A stretch of 64,000 nt of DNA from the human T2T-CHM13v2.0 reference genome, Homo sapiens: NCBI RefSeq assembly GCF_009914755.1, contig NC_060937.1; one strand, written 5' to 3'. Below are positions 16,280-33,313 of the stretch, one piece after another. The translations under genes were made by a program, and so were the position numbers. Each line of letters starts with the position of its first letter. Within the stretch, counting starts at the first letter, position 1. The notes below the pieces were generated by a model. The model was given only the letters and a program-made list of their open reading frames with translations. It searched no databases and was not told the origin of the DNA.

Positions 16280-17510
16280 CCTGAGTCCGGAAGCTCGCCA
16301 GGGCAGAAGCGCAGGGTCGCTCCGCCGGGCTCGCCGGGCCGGGGACCCCCCAGCCACCCGCCACCACGGCGGGGAGGGCAGGGTGCTGACTCCAGGGACC
16401 ACGACAGTCGGCCCCGGTGGTGGGGATTCCGCGCGGGACCCACGCGGGAACAAAGAGGCGGCTGGACGGCCCAGCTCTCCGCACCCGGAAGGACCTGTTC
16501 CACCTCTCCGGCTCCCGTACCCCTCTATCCGCATCTGAGTGACCAGATCCCACTGCAGTCAACAGCCCGCGGGGTAGCCAGCTTCGAGGGACCGCCCGGA
16601 AAGACACAACGCGCGTGGAAGGCGCCGGGCGTCCAGTCTCGGGAGAGATTAGAAGTGGCGCTCCTGCCCAGCGCCGGCAATCCAGGGGAATCCGCGGCCA
16701 TCGCGGATCCACCAGGGGTGAGGCGGCACTGAGCACAAGTGTGAGGCTCTCGGGAGCTACGCCTCCGCTTCCCCAGTGCCACCCGTTTTTACCTCAGGCG
16801 GTTCTGACCGCCATCGTTTCAACCTGGAGAGGTGAGCCCTCCCCTACCGACGTACTTCCCTTCCCCGGCAGGAAGGAGGGCGCTGACCCAGCGGGCGCAC
16901 GCCCCTGACTGCGCATGCGCCGGGTGCGCCGTTCGTCAGCGGCGAGTGGCCTCGCGGCGCCGGATTCGTCGCTCCGCCAAGAGTGCGCCTGCGCGGTCGC
17001 TGGGGCTCGCACTTCAGCTTCCCCTCCCCCGGCGCCCTCTGGGGCTCCGAGCCCGGCGGGACCATGTTCACCAGCACCGGCTCCAGTGGGCTCTGTGAGT
17101 ACCGGCCTCCGCCATCCTGGCTGCCCCCTACACGCCACCCTAGGCACCTCTTTGAGGAGGCTGGGGCAGCGGGGACCCTCGGGTTTGCCGGAGGTGGTGG
17201 GGCCGACCCTCCAGACCCGCGTCCGAACCCTGCTAGTTCCCGGTCTTGGGGGTCAGCGGAAACCGCCCCCATTTCGGCCTGGAGGGGCGAATGGGGACAA
17301 AGCCCCGCCGCCCGCCCCGACCCCACCTGGTATCCCCAGGTGCGCTGCCCAGGAGTCTCTTGGGGCCGCTGCAAGTGGGCAGGTGCCCTGGTGTTCTCGT
17401 GGGCCGGCCCCAGGCCCTTTGCGGAGCGTGTGCCGCGCTGAAGGAAGGGGCCGTCCCCCTTACCATGCCCCATTCTTTTAGGCTTGGGGGACCGAACTAA
17501 CTCCCCCCGC
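16280..17510. promoter_or_regulatory. CpG-island promoter of UBAC2, no obvious TATA box, likely bidirectional
   Basis: Dense CpG; NRF1 palindrome TGCGCATGCGC at 16910-16920 and a variant at 16984-16995; ETS-type CCGGAAG at ~16287 and ~16486; several CCGCCC GC boxes. Confidence 0.9.
17064..17094 (+). CDS. UBAC2: UBAC2 coding exon 1 (MFTSTGSSGL + 1 nt)
   Basis: ACCATG Kozak context inside the CpG island; donor T|GTGAGT at 17095; phase 1 matches exon 2. Confidence 0.95.
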
Positions 17511-17919
17511 CCCCACTTGCAAAGTTCAGCCTCCGCTTTAGAAGCTGACCTCTCAGTTTCACTTGGATGTGTTTCTTCTTCAGTCTCCAAGAAGAGTTTT
17601 TAGACAAACACACACTGATGAGAGTGCTTTCAAGTGGAGGGAAGTTAGGAAGTCGTGGCGAGGGAGCGCAGCTGTGCTGCTGGATGTTGCTGTTTTCCTG
17701 GCGTGTTAGCGGTGGTCAGCAGGTAGGGGGCGGAGTATTTTTACAGCCAGTTAAACGGCTTTTCTCACTGAGTGTGTGGAATTGACTTTCGGTAAGGTAG
17801 ACTGCGTGTTAACAGTTAGGCACGGGTACAGCAACGGAGAACAGCTCTAATTTTGCAATTGCTTGTCACTGTTCATACTCCATGTGAAGTTAATGCTGCT
17901 GGAGGACAGAAACATCTGA

Positions 17920-18295
<376 letters not shown>

Positions 18296-19152
18296 TTATA
18301 GTCTGACAGTGAGTTAGTATCAGCGCCACAGGCATAATTTTAAATCTTCCTCACTTCTCAACTTCTCAGGTTTTGAAGTGGTTTCAATATTTATGATTTC
18401 CTTTGTTTCATAATTAATTTGATTTATGGCATCTTTCATGGATTGGTCCCGGAGTATGTTACAACTACTAAGTAATCTTCCCCAAACTACCCTTTAGATA
18501 AAGAGCATTAGGACTGTAGCTGAAGCTGACAGTTCAAGAAGGCAATGTGGTTTTCCTGGGATCACACAGTGAGCCAGGAACTACTGGTTATGAAATTAAT
18601 GGTGGAATTCTTCAATTTCAATTGTTCTTTAGCATTTTGATCTATCCTTGCTGGCCAAAGTACATATAAAAAAATAAAGGGCAAGAGAAATCTTATTGGT
18701 TGCTGTACTGTATTAGCCATGAGATTATATTGGCCAAGTGTATTCAAATTTGATACAGGGCAACTGTGGGGAAGATAATATTTTGTTATCTATGGCACAT
18801 GGTGGTGAGTGTTGAATTCTAGGAACCAAACTGTTGCCCAGGGAGAGGCGTAGGTCTGGAGCCCCTCTGCAGCTGTCTTGGCCTGTTTCTAAAATTAAGT
18901 GCTTCTGCAGTGTAAGAGTTGTTGGGATGGCCGTTCCTCAGAAGGCTGTGTCTTACATGCTCATTTTACAAACATTTTGGGCATCTCCTCTGGGCGATGA
19001 ACTGGGCTAGGTGCTGGGAATGCAGCAACGAACAGGTCCTGGTCTCAGTGCTTACAGTGCTGACGGAGCTTAGGCACAGTTTTCCAGGACTGGTCATTAG
19101 AAAAGGCTGTGTGTCAGCTTTAACATTTTTCTCTGGAGAAGCTACCCACTGA

Positions 19153-19490
<338 letters not shown>

Positions 19491-21018
19491 CTATGATTTC
19501 CTTTAGATAAGTTGAGGGACCCTTTAGCAAATCAAAATTCTGATCCTGAGCAAGAATCTGAAAGAAGGACGACACGTGTACCTAGCCCTACCCCCATGGG
19601 TGGTGAATAACAGTCCCTTTCCAGGGATAAATCCCTGCCATTTTCTACCACCTGCATGTTTCCCACGTTTTGTGGTTAGTAGATAATAGTATTTTAGTGT
19701 TAAACTTGCCTTTCTCTCTCATCCATTCAATAAGTGTCTGTTGGGTACCCATATCAGCCACACACTGTTGATATACAGAGGATAAAGTAATAAGCAGGAT
19801 CAAGGAGACCAGCATCAAACAGGCTAACAAGTCAGTATGATTCACATAGTGATAAGTGACATGAAGACAATGAGAGGGTAACTGCAAAGACCGAAGTTAT
19901 GGTGGAGGACCACTTTAGCATGCATGGTCACGGAGGGTAGCCGGGAAGGTGACATTGAGCTGAGGCTCAGATGGTGTGAAGGAGCAAGCCATATCAGAGT
20001 TTGTTGAAAACTCTTCATTTTGAAGAAAGGGGACAGCAATACAGTTTCAGACACAATGCAGTTGAAAACACCCTGCCATGCCTGTTTCAAGTGCTTGAAA
20101 CTATATTGCTGTCTGCAATTATGACCGGGTAAAAGTGCGTAGGATTAGTGATCATGACTTATTTTAGGTTCCTTACTTGTAGACCAATGCTGTCACTCAG
20201 CTCTACGTTGAGTAATATGTGTATCATTCACTGCATTTATTAATAAGCTCCTATTTACCTCACAGTATGTTTACTGTGTAATGATGGACTCAGTCAACAT
20301 TAATTGCATGCCTAATATTTTCCAGGTATAGTTCCCACCCTCAAGGAGTTCACTGTCTATTGGGGCAAAACTTTTTAAAAAAGAACGTTTGTCCTCGGTG
20401 CTGTGGGTTTATTGCAGGGGGTAGGCTGGTTGTGGGGAGGCACAGTTAAGGAAGACTTCCCAATGTAGCAATATTTGGGCTGACTTTTGAGAGTTTGGCA
20501 GGCATCATAGTGTGGAGAAGGCCTCTGGGAGGGACAGAGCCTGGACAGGGCTTGGCAGAGAGGCAGGAAGCAATGAATTAGGGGTGGTTATGGCTGGAGT
20601 GAGCAGTTCGTAAGAGATGTGTGGTGAAGTCTTTCAGAGGACAGTGGAAGGTGAGACAAGAACTAGGGACAGAACTTGTGAACATTTTAAACTTTAAAGA
20701 GGGAGAAGAGTAGGTGCCAGGGAAGAAAACTGAGGAATGGCCAAGGAAGTAGGGGGACACCCGGGAGGAGACAATTTCAGGGGAGAGTGGCTGATGGCAT
20801 TACACGCTGCAGAGATTTTCAAAACGGGCCTGAAGCGCGACCTGTGGGAAAGAAAGAGGCCCCCCCAGAACCTTTCCAGAAAAGCTCATCCAGTAGTTGG
20901 GGAGAGAAGTGAGATTATAATTAGCTGAGGAATGAGTGAGGAGTGAGTGGGACATAAATGGAGACAGTGAGCTTGGAAAGTGCTTTCAAGATCTCGGTTC
21001 TGAGAATCAAGAGAGTGA

Positions 21019-21363
<345 letters not shown>

Positions 21364-21869
21364 GGGGGAGTTTCTTTAAGTGGAGAGGAGGCTTAGCTTG
21401 TTTAAAAGGTGTTGGGAAAAACCCAGTGGGAAGGGTGTGGTTGAAGATACAGACAGGAATGAGTGATAGGACTGAGTTGTGAGGAGGTGAGGATCCGGGG
21501 CCCAGGGCAGGTATGCTTCTCATTGCTGTAGGAGGGAAGAGGAGGGGTTACTCTTGGTCACGGAGCGGTGGTTGTCAAACGCTGCTCCTGTCCCAGCTGC
21601 AAAAAAATCAATCACGGTGTTTTCTGAATGTACACCTTCCTGGGTCTCCTCCCCAGAGGGTCAGATTCAGAAGAGCTAGCATGAGTGTCAGAAACCTGTT
21701 ATTTTTTGTTTTAAGAAATGTGTATTTTTAAAGTCTCCACATCCCCCCACCCCAGGACATTTTAATGGACAAACAGATTGAGATGGAGGCAGGAGGGCAG
21801 CCACAGGCAGGGCAGAGAGAACGGAGTCTGGTGCGCTGATGAGAGAAGATAGAAGATAGAAGGATTCTT

Positions 21870-22109
21870 GGATGTGAGGGCGATCTGGCTGTGACATCTG
21901 TCACCCCATTGATCGCCAGAGTTGATTCGGCTGATCTGGCTGGCTAGGCGGGTGTCCCCTTCCTCCCTCACCGTTCCATGTGCGTCCCTCCCGAAGCTGC
22001 GTGCTCGGTCAAAGAGGACGACCATCCCCGATAGAGGAGGACCGGTCTTTGGTCAAGGGTATACGAGTAGCTGCGCTCCCCTGCTAGAACCTCCAAACAA
22101 GCTCTCAAG
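21870..22109 (+). pseudogene. RN7SKP9: 7SK snRNA retropseudogene, first ~240 nt, no poly-A
   Basis: GGATGTGAGGGCGATCTGGCTG...CCTCCAAACAAGCTCTCAAG; 16-bp TSD AAGATAGAAGGATTCT at 21853-21868 and 22107-22122. Pseudogene number is from memory. Confidence 0.95.
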
Positions 22110-22867
22110 ATAGAAGGATTCTAAAGATGTGTATTCTGGTAGGTTGTGTCAATAAAGCTGATTGGATCTGCGGCGAGGGAGGAGTTGAAGCTGACTCTGC
22201 TTTACTGCCTGGGCAGCTGGGTGGATAGGTAACGTTCCCAGTCACTAGAGAGGGAATGCAGAGAAGCAGGAGCTCATTTCAGGAGAAGATGAGTTCAGCT
22301 TTGGACCTGTGCAGTGTTGAGGGGTTTGCAGAGTCCGGTCAGAGGTACTCGGGACACTTGGGGAAAGAAATCCAGAGCTGGACTGGATTGGACATGAGTA
22401 GGTGAGAGTTAGGTTGTGGGTGTGAGTGAGGACTCCAGAGGTGGGGGGACAGTTGGAAGCTGAGGACAGACCTTCAGCCCATTCCAGCATGTAAGGGATG
22501 GATAGAGAAAGAGGAGGCAGAAAGTAGGCAGAGCTGGGGGCTTCTGTAGGAGGAGTTGCGTCTCTTCCCCTAGTCCAGCGGATGGATGTGCCTTCTTCCA
22601 CGGAATCACGCGTCCCGCAGCCGCTTCCCTGGCTTTGCTCACCACCATGGCTATGCTCACCAGCCTCTGATCCCTCCTTGTCTCCAGTGTATCAGCCCAT
22701 TTGTGGCATCTCTTTCTTCATATCCAGTCTGGAACCTGTAGTTCATTACTGGAGCCATGGTCTCATCCAGACTCTCGGAGACCTGGCACGTCTGTTCTGT
22801 GGTGCTCATCGAGCAAAACCCTAACTTTGCATTGATTTATGGGGTCAAGTCTGGGCCCTTGGCACCG

Positions 22868-22919
22868 TTTCTCAGCTAAGTTTCTGGTATTCATTTCTCA
22901 GCTAAGTTTCTGGGATTCA
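22868..22919. repeat. 26-bp tandem duplication
   Basis: TTTCTCAGCTAAGTTTCTGG(T/G)ATTCA x2. Confidence 0.9.
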
Positions 22920-24128
22920 GTCATCTCCCTATGCTACCTCTATTTTGTCTTCGGCTCAAGGCTATTCTCAGTCTCTCCCCATCTCTTCACCCACCATCTC
23001 ACTCTTCACCCATCCAAAAAATCGGGGCCATCACCTGGGTGCTCCTTCCGCTTCCTGCTCCCTCTCTCTGACTTGTTTCTGTCCACACTCAGCTTTGTTC
23101 CTTTCCTCCAATCCAGAAGAATGAAGCAGCCTTCTCCTGAGGCCCACCCTCCACCGATTCTGAACTCTTTCTTCCCTGTCTTTTCTAGCACCACTCTTGC
23201 TTTTTCTTTACCTTCATTCTCTCTCCTGCAGGAATGAGCCTGGCACGTGGTTACAGCTGATGCTTTCTCCTGCGGGTGCCTTAGTGGCACCCCTCCCTGA
23301 GTTGGGAGTCTTTACCTGCTGCTGCGTTGACCTGGGGGTTGCATCCTTATTTGGTGAGAGGGCAGAGTATAGAGGTGTAGCACACAGGCCTGGAAGTGAG
23401 ACTACCTGTACTTCAGATGCTTTCTTGATGGGAAGGAAGATCAGAAAAGTTAGTATGTGTGGAGCTCCTAGAATTTTGCCATAGTAACTACTCAGGTTTA
23501 AGTAGTATTAACTGGATCCTTCTTCTGAGCCTATTCTTAAAAATGCAAAAGTATAACCCATCCAACAACTCTATCATGTACCTTCCCAACTGCTGACCAC
23601 CTTCTTTCCAGCTCTTAAAAGGTGATCTTCCCTTATTTTTTCCCTGTTCTCATCTCCCTTCACTTTTTAGCCTTGTGCAATTAGTCTGCTACTCTTCGAT
23701 GGCGGGGCCCTGTTCTGGGCTCATTGTGGCCTGCTTCCGTCCCGCTATACCATTGAGCTACTCTGAGTGAAACTCTTGTTTGATCCAAAACATTTGGTAG
23801 GGAGCCTTGGGCCAGATGCAGTTAGAGAAGTTTGATGAGCCTAAGGTCCACTGGTGTCAGCCTGTGGTGTGGACATTTGTCTCACTGTAGAGCTGGGTGA
23901 GCCCTCAGGACTGGTGGGGTCATTTGAGGCCTGCACTCTCCACCTTCGTTCCAGCTTAGGATCCTGCCTTCGGAACCTGAATACCCTGTCCCCTGCATAC
24001 TGCTAAAATGGACACCAACATTGACTCCTGAGGCTCTTTTTTTTGTGTTCTCATGAAGGAGCAAACCGTGTTCCTACTGACATTCTTTCTTAAGTATGCA
24101 TTCAGTGTGTGGGAGATGATGCAAATAA

Positions 24129-24470
<342 letters not shown>

Positions 24471-25707
24471 TAAAATACACTCAGTTGGGGAGCTGTTTGC
24501 TTTTATGAAAAGCTGTCAGGCCTTGTGACTTACCCTTTATGCTTTAATTAACTGATTCAGCAGATACTTACTGAGCACTCCTGTGGGCCAGCCGGTCTCC
24601 TAGGTTCTCAGGATTCAATAGGAAGTAAAAGGCCACATAAGGTGATGATCTTAGGTGATAGAAGTCTTGAAATGTAGGCTCCATTTAAAAATTAAAAGTG
24701 TCCAGTTCAATATATTAACACTTCAGTCTTCATTCAAAGATTAGACTTTCCCCCCTTTTTTTCCCAGTTAAGACTTGTAGTTGGCAACCATCTCTGTCCG
24801 AAAAAGCGGTGTGACAGGCTTCTGGTGCGTTCGGCTCCTCTCTGTCCCTCAGATTTCTTGTGTCTGACTTCAGTAGGTTCTGGATTGAGTGGAATAGGAG
24901 GAGGAAGGAGAGGTGAGGCTCTCAGATTGTTCTTCTGTGGCTCCCTGAGCCTCGCACGTAGTTAAAGCTGACCCTGTGTCCTGCAGGTGCTTCAGTGGGC
25001 TCTTCAGAGACTCCCGACTTCTATCCCTTTTGCCTCCTTGACCTGGGGGTTTGCATCTTTATTTTGGTCGATTTATTTTGGCCAGTTTATTTTGGTGACT
25101 CCTCAGCACCTAGGAACTTAGATCCCCCTATAGTTTCCTCCTGCTGGAGTCCTTTTGGCCTGCCTGGGGGCACTGTTGTTTGAACCTAAGACCCTCTGCT
25201 GGCTCTCGCGCACAGCCTGGCTGGGACTGCGTGTTCCTTGCCCTGGCTGTGCATGTGGGTCCCAGTGCTCAGCACGGCTTTTCCAGCTCTCTAGATTTCC
25301 CAGGTTGGAGATCCACTGTACCCTTGCTGGTCACAGATTTAGCACATGAAATAGGCCATCGAGCCCCTACCTCAGCTTGGTATGAAGGTGTGGCTGTACT
25401 CACAGCCCCTCAAGGATTCACTTCACAAAGCCCCCTCCTCCTGTCCTGTCTTCACGGGAGGGAACCCTCACATTCCACTGTCTGTAGCCCTGACCTGGCT
25501 GAGAGGACTGTGGGAATCAGGGGACTGCCTTGCAATCACTCTTGGAAAGTTCTGCATTCTGCTATGGAGCCTCCCTTTGGTGGCAGCAGCCCTTCTCTTT
25601 TGGTACCTTAGTGGAAATTCCTGTTTGATCATCTTGTTTTGGTTGGTTTTCTGTTTGTGGGCCAGGAACTGTTTGGCTCTCTTCTTTAAGGCAGGCTTTA
25701 GTGTTTA

Positions 25708-26154
<447 letters not shown>

Positions 26155-26621
26155 TTAGCTAAAAAGGAAAGCTAGGCATTAACTAGGGAGGGACAAGCTT
26201 AAGAGAGGATGCTTTTAGAAAATGTTTCTTTTCATCGTAAAAGTAACGTTAACCACACTATAGGAAGTTTGGAAAATAGAAAAAAAACGGTCCTAGCATT
26301 TCATTTAATTTATTCGTCTTTTCTTTTTCTATACACTTATGTTCTTGTTTTGAAATAACTGACTTTGTTATAAAATGAGTACGTGTTCATCAGAGACAAT
26401 TCTGTGATGCAGGAAAGGAGTTCAGTGCAATGTAGGAAAGCACTAGGAAGAAATAAAATGGCATTTATTGATATTTTGGTGTTTCTGCTGTTTTTCCAGT
26501 ACAAAAATGAATATCTAAATAATAGGTAAAAATAAATTTATCTCAATACTATTTTCTTGCCTTTTTTCCACCCAAGAGAATCTTTTAAAATGTAATCATA
26601 ATGAGCATGTATATGCTCCGC

Positions 26622-27090
<469 letters not shown>

Positions 27091-27309
27091 TAAGCATTCC
27101 CCTAGGATGCTGCAGAATTAGGTTGTTTCTCCCCTCCTTTATTTTAGTAATGCCAAGAGCATCTTAACTTTCAGATATTCATAGAAGTGAAAGAAGGTTA
27201 AATGAAGTGTATTCTCGTATAACTTTTAGTACGTACTGCCAAATTCCAATCCCAAAGGGTAGTACCAATTTAAACTCCACCAGCAATTTAAGGGAGAAAA
27301 GATTGCTTT

Positions 27310-27870
27310 TCTTAAGTTATTACATTTCGTATTCACAGCAGCCCTATGAGGATAGGTATTGTTATTTTTCCCCTCCACAAACGAGTCTTTTCACGCTCAG
27401 AAAATGATTTGTCGAAGACCACATAGCTAGTAGTATGTGGAAGAGCTGAGATTTGACTCCGATTTGCCTGCGTCCAAAGCCTGTACTTTCTACTGTATCA
27501 TACAATGAAAATTTAGTCCCTTTAGTGGAAAATGGCAATGGCAATATGACTTGTTAAGTGCTAGGACAAACATCTGGGAAAAAGAATCATTATTTAAACA
27601 AGGGTGCTACATGTCTATATGGTTCTTACACCTTTTCAATCAACGACTAATAAGTGTGAGTTATTATTGGTTTTAATGATAAAATACTACGTGTTAGGCA
27701 CTGTTCTAAGCAGTTTACCTATATTGACTCACTTAATTCTCATAACAGCCCTGTTAGGTAGGCACAGTTACTCTTCCCAATTTGCAGATGAGGAGACTGA
27801 GGCACAGACACTTAAGTAACTTTCCTGCTGAGGAGCAGGTCTAGGATTTGAACCCAGATGGTCTGGCTGC
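27310..27870 (+). mobile_element. Two MIR fragments
   Basis: CACAGCAGCCCTATGAGGATAGG; TTTGCAGATGAGGAGACTGAGGCACAGA core. Confidence 0.7.
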
Positions 27871-29353
27871 CTGTTCTGTGTTGCTCACTACTGCTTCTCA
27901 GCCTTAAAGAAGTTTATCTCCGTGTGTCTCCCAACCACTGGGATCGTCTCAGGCGAGTGATGTTAGTAGCTCAGGTTAGTGTAGAGCTTGAGCCCTGGTC
28001 ATTGGAAACTGCATCATTGTGTCCTGGCAGTGTGCTTTTCCCTCATCCCCTTGGGACCATGGCAGCCTCCTTCCTGGGTTCTACCATGCTCCTTCTCCTG
28101 GCTGCCAGTGCACAAGTCTGCCTCTCCCCACATCAGAACCAAGATCCAGTTTACCTTTGGTAGACATGTTTTATGTCCTGATTAGGATCTTTTGTAGCAG
28201 TTAGTGCTCTACAGTTGTTTTTATTTGTGTATCCTCTGTTTTTCTCTTCCCTTACCAAGTCATCTTCCTTTTCCAACTTTTTCCGTTCTCAACCTGTCTC
28301 AATATCAGTTTTAGTAATATAGGTGGAACCTATCTTACATCAAGCAATTTTAAAATTGGCATTTTTATAGCATTTTAATAAGCAAAACTTGCTAAAGCAT
28401 ATCTCATCAATAATTTAGCATTTTTGAAGTGTGCTTTGTGAAATGGTACTATGAGGAGCTCCTGAAGTTTTAACCCTCATTTAAATTATGAGTGTAAATG
28501 AGAATTATAAAGTAATCCTTATTTAAATCATGATTTTCCCCCCAGATTTTTCCCTAAGGCTTTCTAAGTTACATTGCCATTGTTTCAGTCATTTCCCAGA
28601 ATTTAGTCCCTTCAGTGGACGTGATACAATGGGAAGAGCATGACACTAATCTTTGGAAAGGGTTCTGTAGCCAAGTTAGGTTGGGAATGTTGTTGGCCAT
28701 ATTGTTTTTTGACATTGACGATGCAGATTAACACTTCAAAGATCCTTTGCAGCCGTACAACAGAGAAATCTGTTTGACTTTATTAACTCTGTTTCTAAGA
28801 TTTATTGGGGGACATAAAATATAGGGAAAAAAACATAAATTTCCATTTCATTATACTGCCCAGATTTGATCATTATTTCTATATTGCTCTTGTATAAATT
28901 TTTTTCTCCTTTATGTGTGCATATAAATACACATTTTTAAAGGAAAGGTCAGCCTATCTACAGTTTCATATTCTGCTTTTTTCATTTACTCTTCTTGAAT
29001 GAATTCACTCCATGTCATTAAGTAATCTTCAAAGCCAACTTTTACCATTATCTTTGTTTTGCCTTATTACAAAACTGAAACATGCTGAAAAAGTTCAAAA
29101 ATTATACAAATATTTTATGTAGTGTAGAAGGGATTAGTCCCACATAATGATTCCCACGCCCACGTAACCATTGTTGGTAGTCTAGTGGTCATTCTTTTAG
29201 ACTTTTTCTGTGTACCTGCTTATCTATGCATTCTTTTTTTTTCTGACGCATGTATATACATATACATATACCTATACATTTGATTTTATACAGAAATGGC
29301 ATTCAAATACACATTTGATGTTCTTCCAACATCTCAGATATTAAAAAACGTGA

Positions 29354-30278
<925 letters not shown>

Positions 30279-31138
30279 TGATTGTGTATTTATTGTAGAG
30301 CCAGGGTTAGAACTTAGGTCAGAAAACCTGTCCTGCTGTTTCTTCAATCTTGTATCATTTTTTGCCTTGGCATCTTTGGTTTGTTTTTTTTTTTTTTTTT
30401 CCTGGAATCCCTCCTGGAGTAAATTTTTTTCGTGTAAGGACACGAGTGGTGAACTTCTGGATCTTGCTTGGGCGTTCTTGTGCAGTCCTGAATGACTGGA
30501 TTCCTAAGTACCTAGTGTGGGTTTCCTCTTTGTTTGTGGGTACAGCCTTTTCCCGCAAGAGGCTCAAACTTGAAATGGCAGGGCTGACTCTAGGTTCTCT
30601 TCTAGTATGCAAGGAATATGAATAGGCTGGTTTGCATATAGGTTGCAGAGGTGGGGAGTAGGTGGTGGTGGGGGAAGCAGGACTGTGAGAACCCCCTGCA
30701 GTCGTCAAAGGGTGGCTCATTGCTTTCTGTGGCTTTTACTCCTGAGTGAAGCTGCCTTTCTTATTACCCTCCTTGTCCGTTCCCCGTCACCTGTGCTGTG
30801 ATCTGGTTTGGAAGTTTGAAGTTACCCCAAGCTCTCTTCTACTTTTTTGCAGACCTCCAACCCCCTCATTGTTCTCCTTAAGCAGATTGCCCCCCACCCC
30901 ACCCTTTTTGGAGAGTTTCTAGGATTTTATTTTGGGGGAATAAATAAATTTCTTTCCAACTGGGATGGTGGTGAAAAGGCTGTTTGTAGACTGTGGGTGG
31001 GGAAGGGTTTGAGGCCCCACTGCTGTCATGCTTGTTCGGTGGCATTTGCACCACTGGAGATGATTTTAGACAGGGTGTCAGCCCAGCAGTAAACATCATT
31101 GAAATAGAAGTCAGGTCATGACTCCCTTTTCAGTTCTT

Positions 31139-32018
31139 TTCTTTTTGTTTTTTTTTTTTCTTGGGGGATATGACCTTTATTGAGCTTATCCACCACAGTG
31201 GAAATAATGTCTGTACAAAGCCAAATGTTTGTTACTATAACTTCTGCATTACAATTAAAATCCAAACAGTTTTTTAAAAACAGTCAGCTCAATCAAAGCC
31301 CAGTACTTCAGAATCAATAGCTTCCTTGAAGCCACAGTATCACTTAAATATGGTTAAGACTCAAATGCAGAAATTTGGTTGGAAAGCTAATTAAACTTCC
31401 AACTTGCCCAAATAGAATTACAAAAAGACAAAATTGTGTTTTTCACAGAAATATAGTCCACTGGCATCACCAACACTGGACAGCTGTTCTTTTATTTAGA
31501 GTCCTGAGATAACAAGGAATCCAGGCATACATTAGACAGTCTTCTGTTGTCCTTTCTTCCCAATCAGAGATTTGTGGATGTGTGGAATGACACCACCACC
31601 AGCAATTGTAGCCTTGATGAGAATCCAATTCTTCATCTGCACGAATAGCAAGTTGCAAGTGACGAGGGGTAATATACACTTTACCTTTAAGTCTTTTGAT
31701 GCATTTCCTGCCAGTTCAAGTCCCTCTGCGGTGAGGTACTCCAGGATGGCTGCGCTGTACACAGCGGCAGTTGCACCCACATGTCTGTGACCCGTCGTCC
31801 TAGATTTCAGGTGTTGATGAATACAGCCCTCTGGGAACTGCAAGCCGGCTCTCTGCGAGCGGGAAACCGACTTTGTCTTGGCCTTTCCGGAGTCCTTCCC
31901 AGCCTTACCGTCAGCCATTTCGAGTTCTGCTGAAGCTCAAGCAAGGCAGAGAAAGGGCTAATCAGACCCGTGGTGAGATCCCACCATCTACTCCTTCATC
32001 GCACCGTGATTCAAACTG
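31139..32018 (-). pseudogene. H2AZP3: Full-length H2A.Z.1 (H2AZ1) processed pseudogene; ORF 31918-31532
   Basis: 5'UTR, intronless CDS (T14/S38/V127 identify H2A.Z.1), 3'UTR, AATAAA at 31181-31176, poly-A at ~31139-31160; 15-bp TSD CCCTTTTCAGTTCTT at 31124-31138 and 32019-32033. Pseudogene number is from memory. Confidence 0.95.
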
Positions 32019-32165
32019 CCCTTTTCAGTTCTTACTATTCCTGATCGGATCAAAGAGAAAATCTTGATGTGGTGCTAGTCTGAAAGACCTCTCTAATAAA
32101 GGCTATTTTCCTATTGTAACAAAAAGAGCAGGAAGTAATATTAGTCTTTAATAACTTTGTTTTGT

Positions 32166-32599
<434 letters not shown>

Positions 32600-32986
32600 T
32601 AATGAGAAAGCAACACTTGTTTTCCATTTACCGTAGTGATATCAAATTTCGTTTAAAATATTTATGTAAATCATAGGTGATTTAAAGAAAAATATTAATA
32701 ACAGGATCAGGGCAGGCAGAAACTGGTGCTGTAGTGGTAATGCCTGCAGTTTGAGAAATGCCCTCAATTCTCCCGAAGATTGTTCATATTCCTCCCCAGG
32801 TCTTGGTATTTGTTGATTCTTTCTCTGGACTCAGTTGAAAGGACACATTTCGCTGGTGTTTTGAGGGTTCTTTTATTTTGAAACAACTTTGGAAGGGCGG
32901 GAACGTGGACAGGTGTCCTGGGTCTGCTGTCTTAGACTGGAATTTTACCTGGTGGTCTTCTTGGTTTTGTCGTTTTTGTTGGACTC

Positions 32987-33313
<327 letters not shown>

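Noticed and set aside
16219-17590. Many overlapping 85-248 aa ORFs on both strands
   Set aside because: Artefact of CpG-island GC content; only the 31-nt exon 1 segment has splice and homology support
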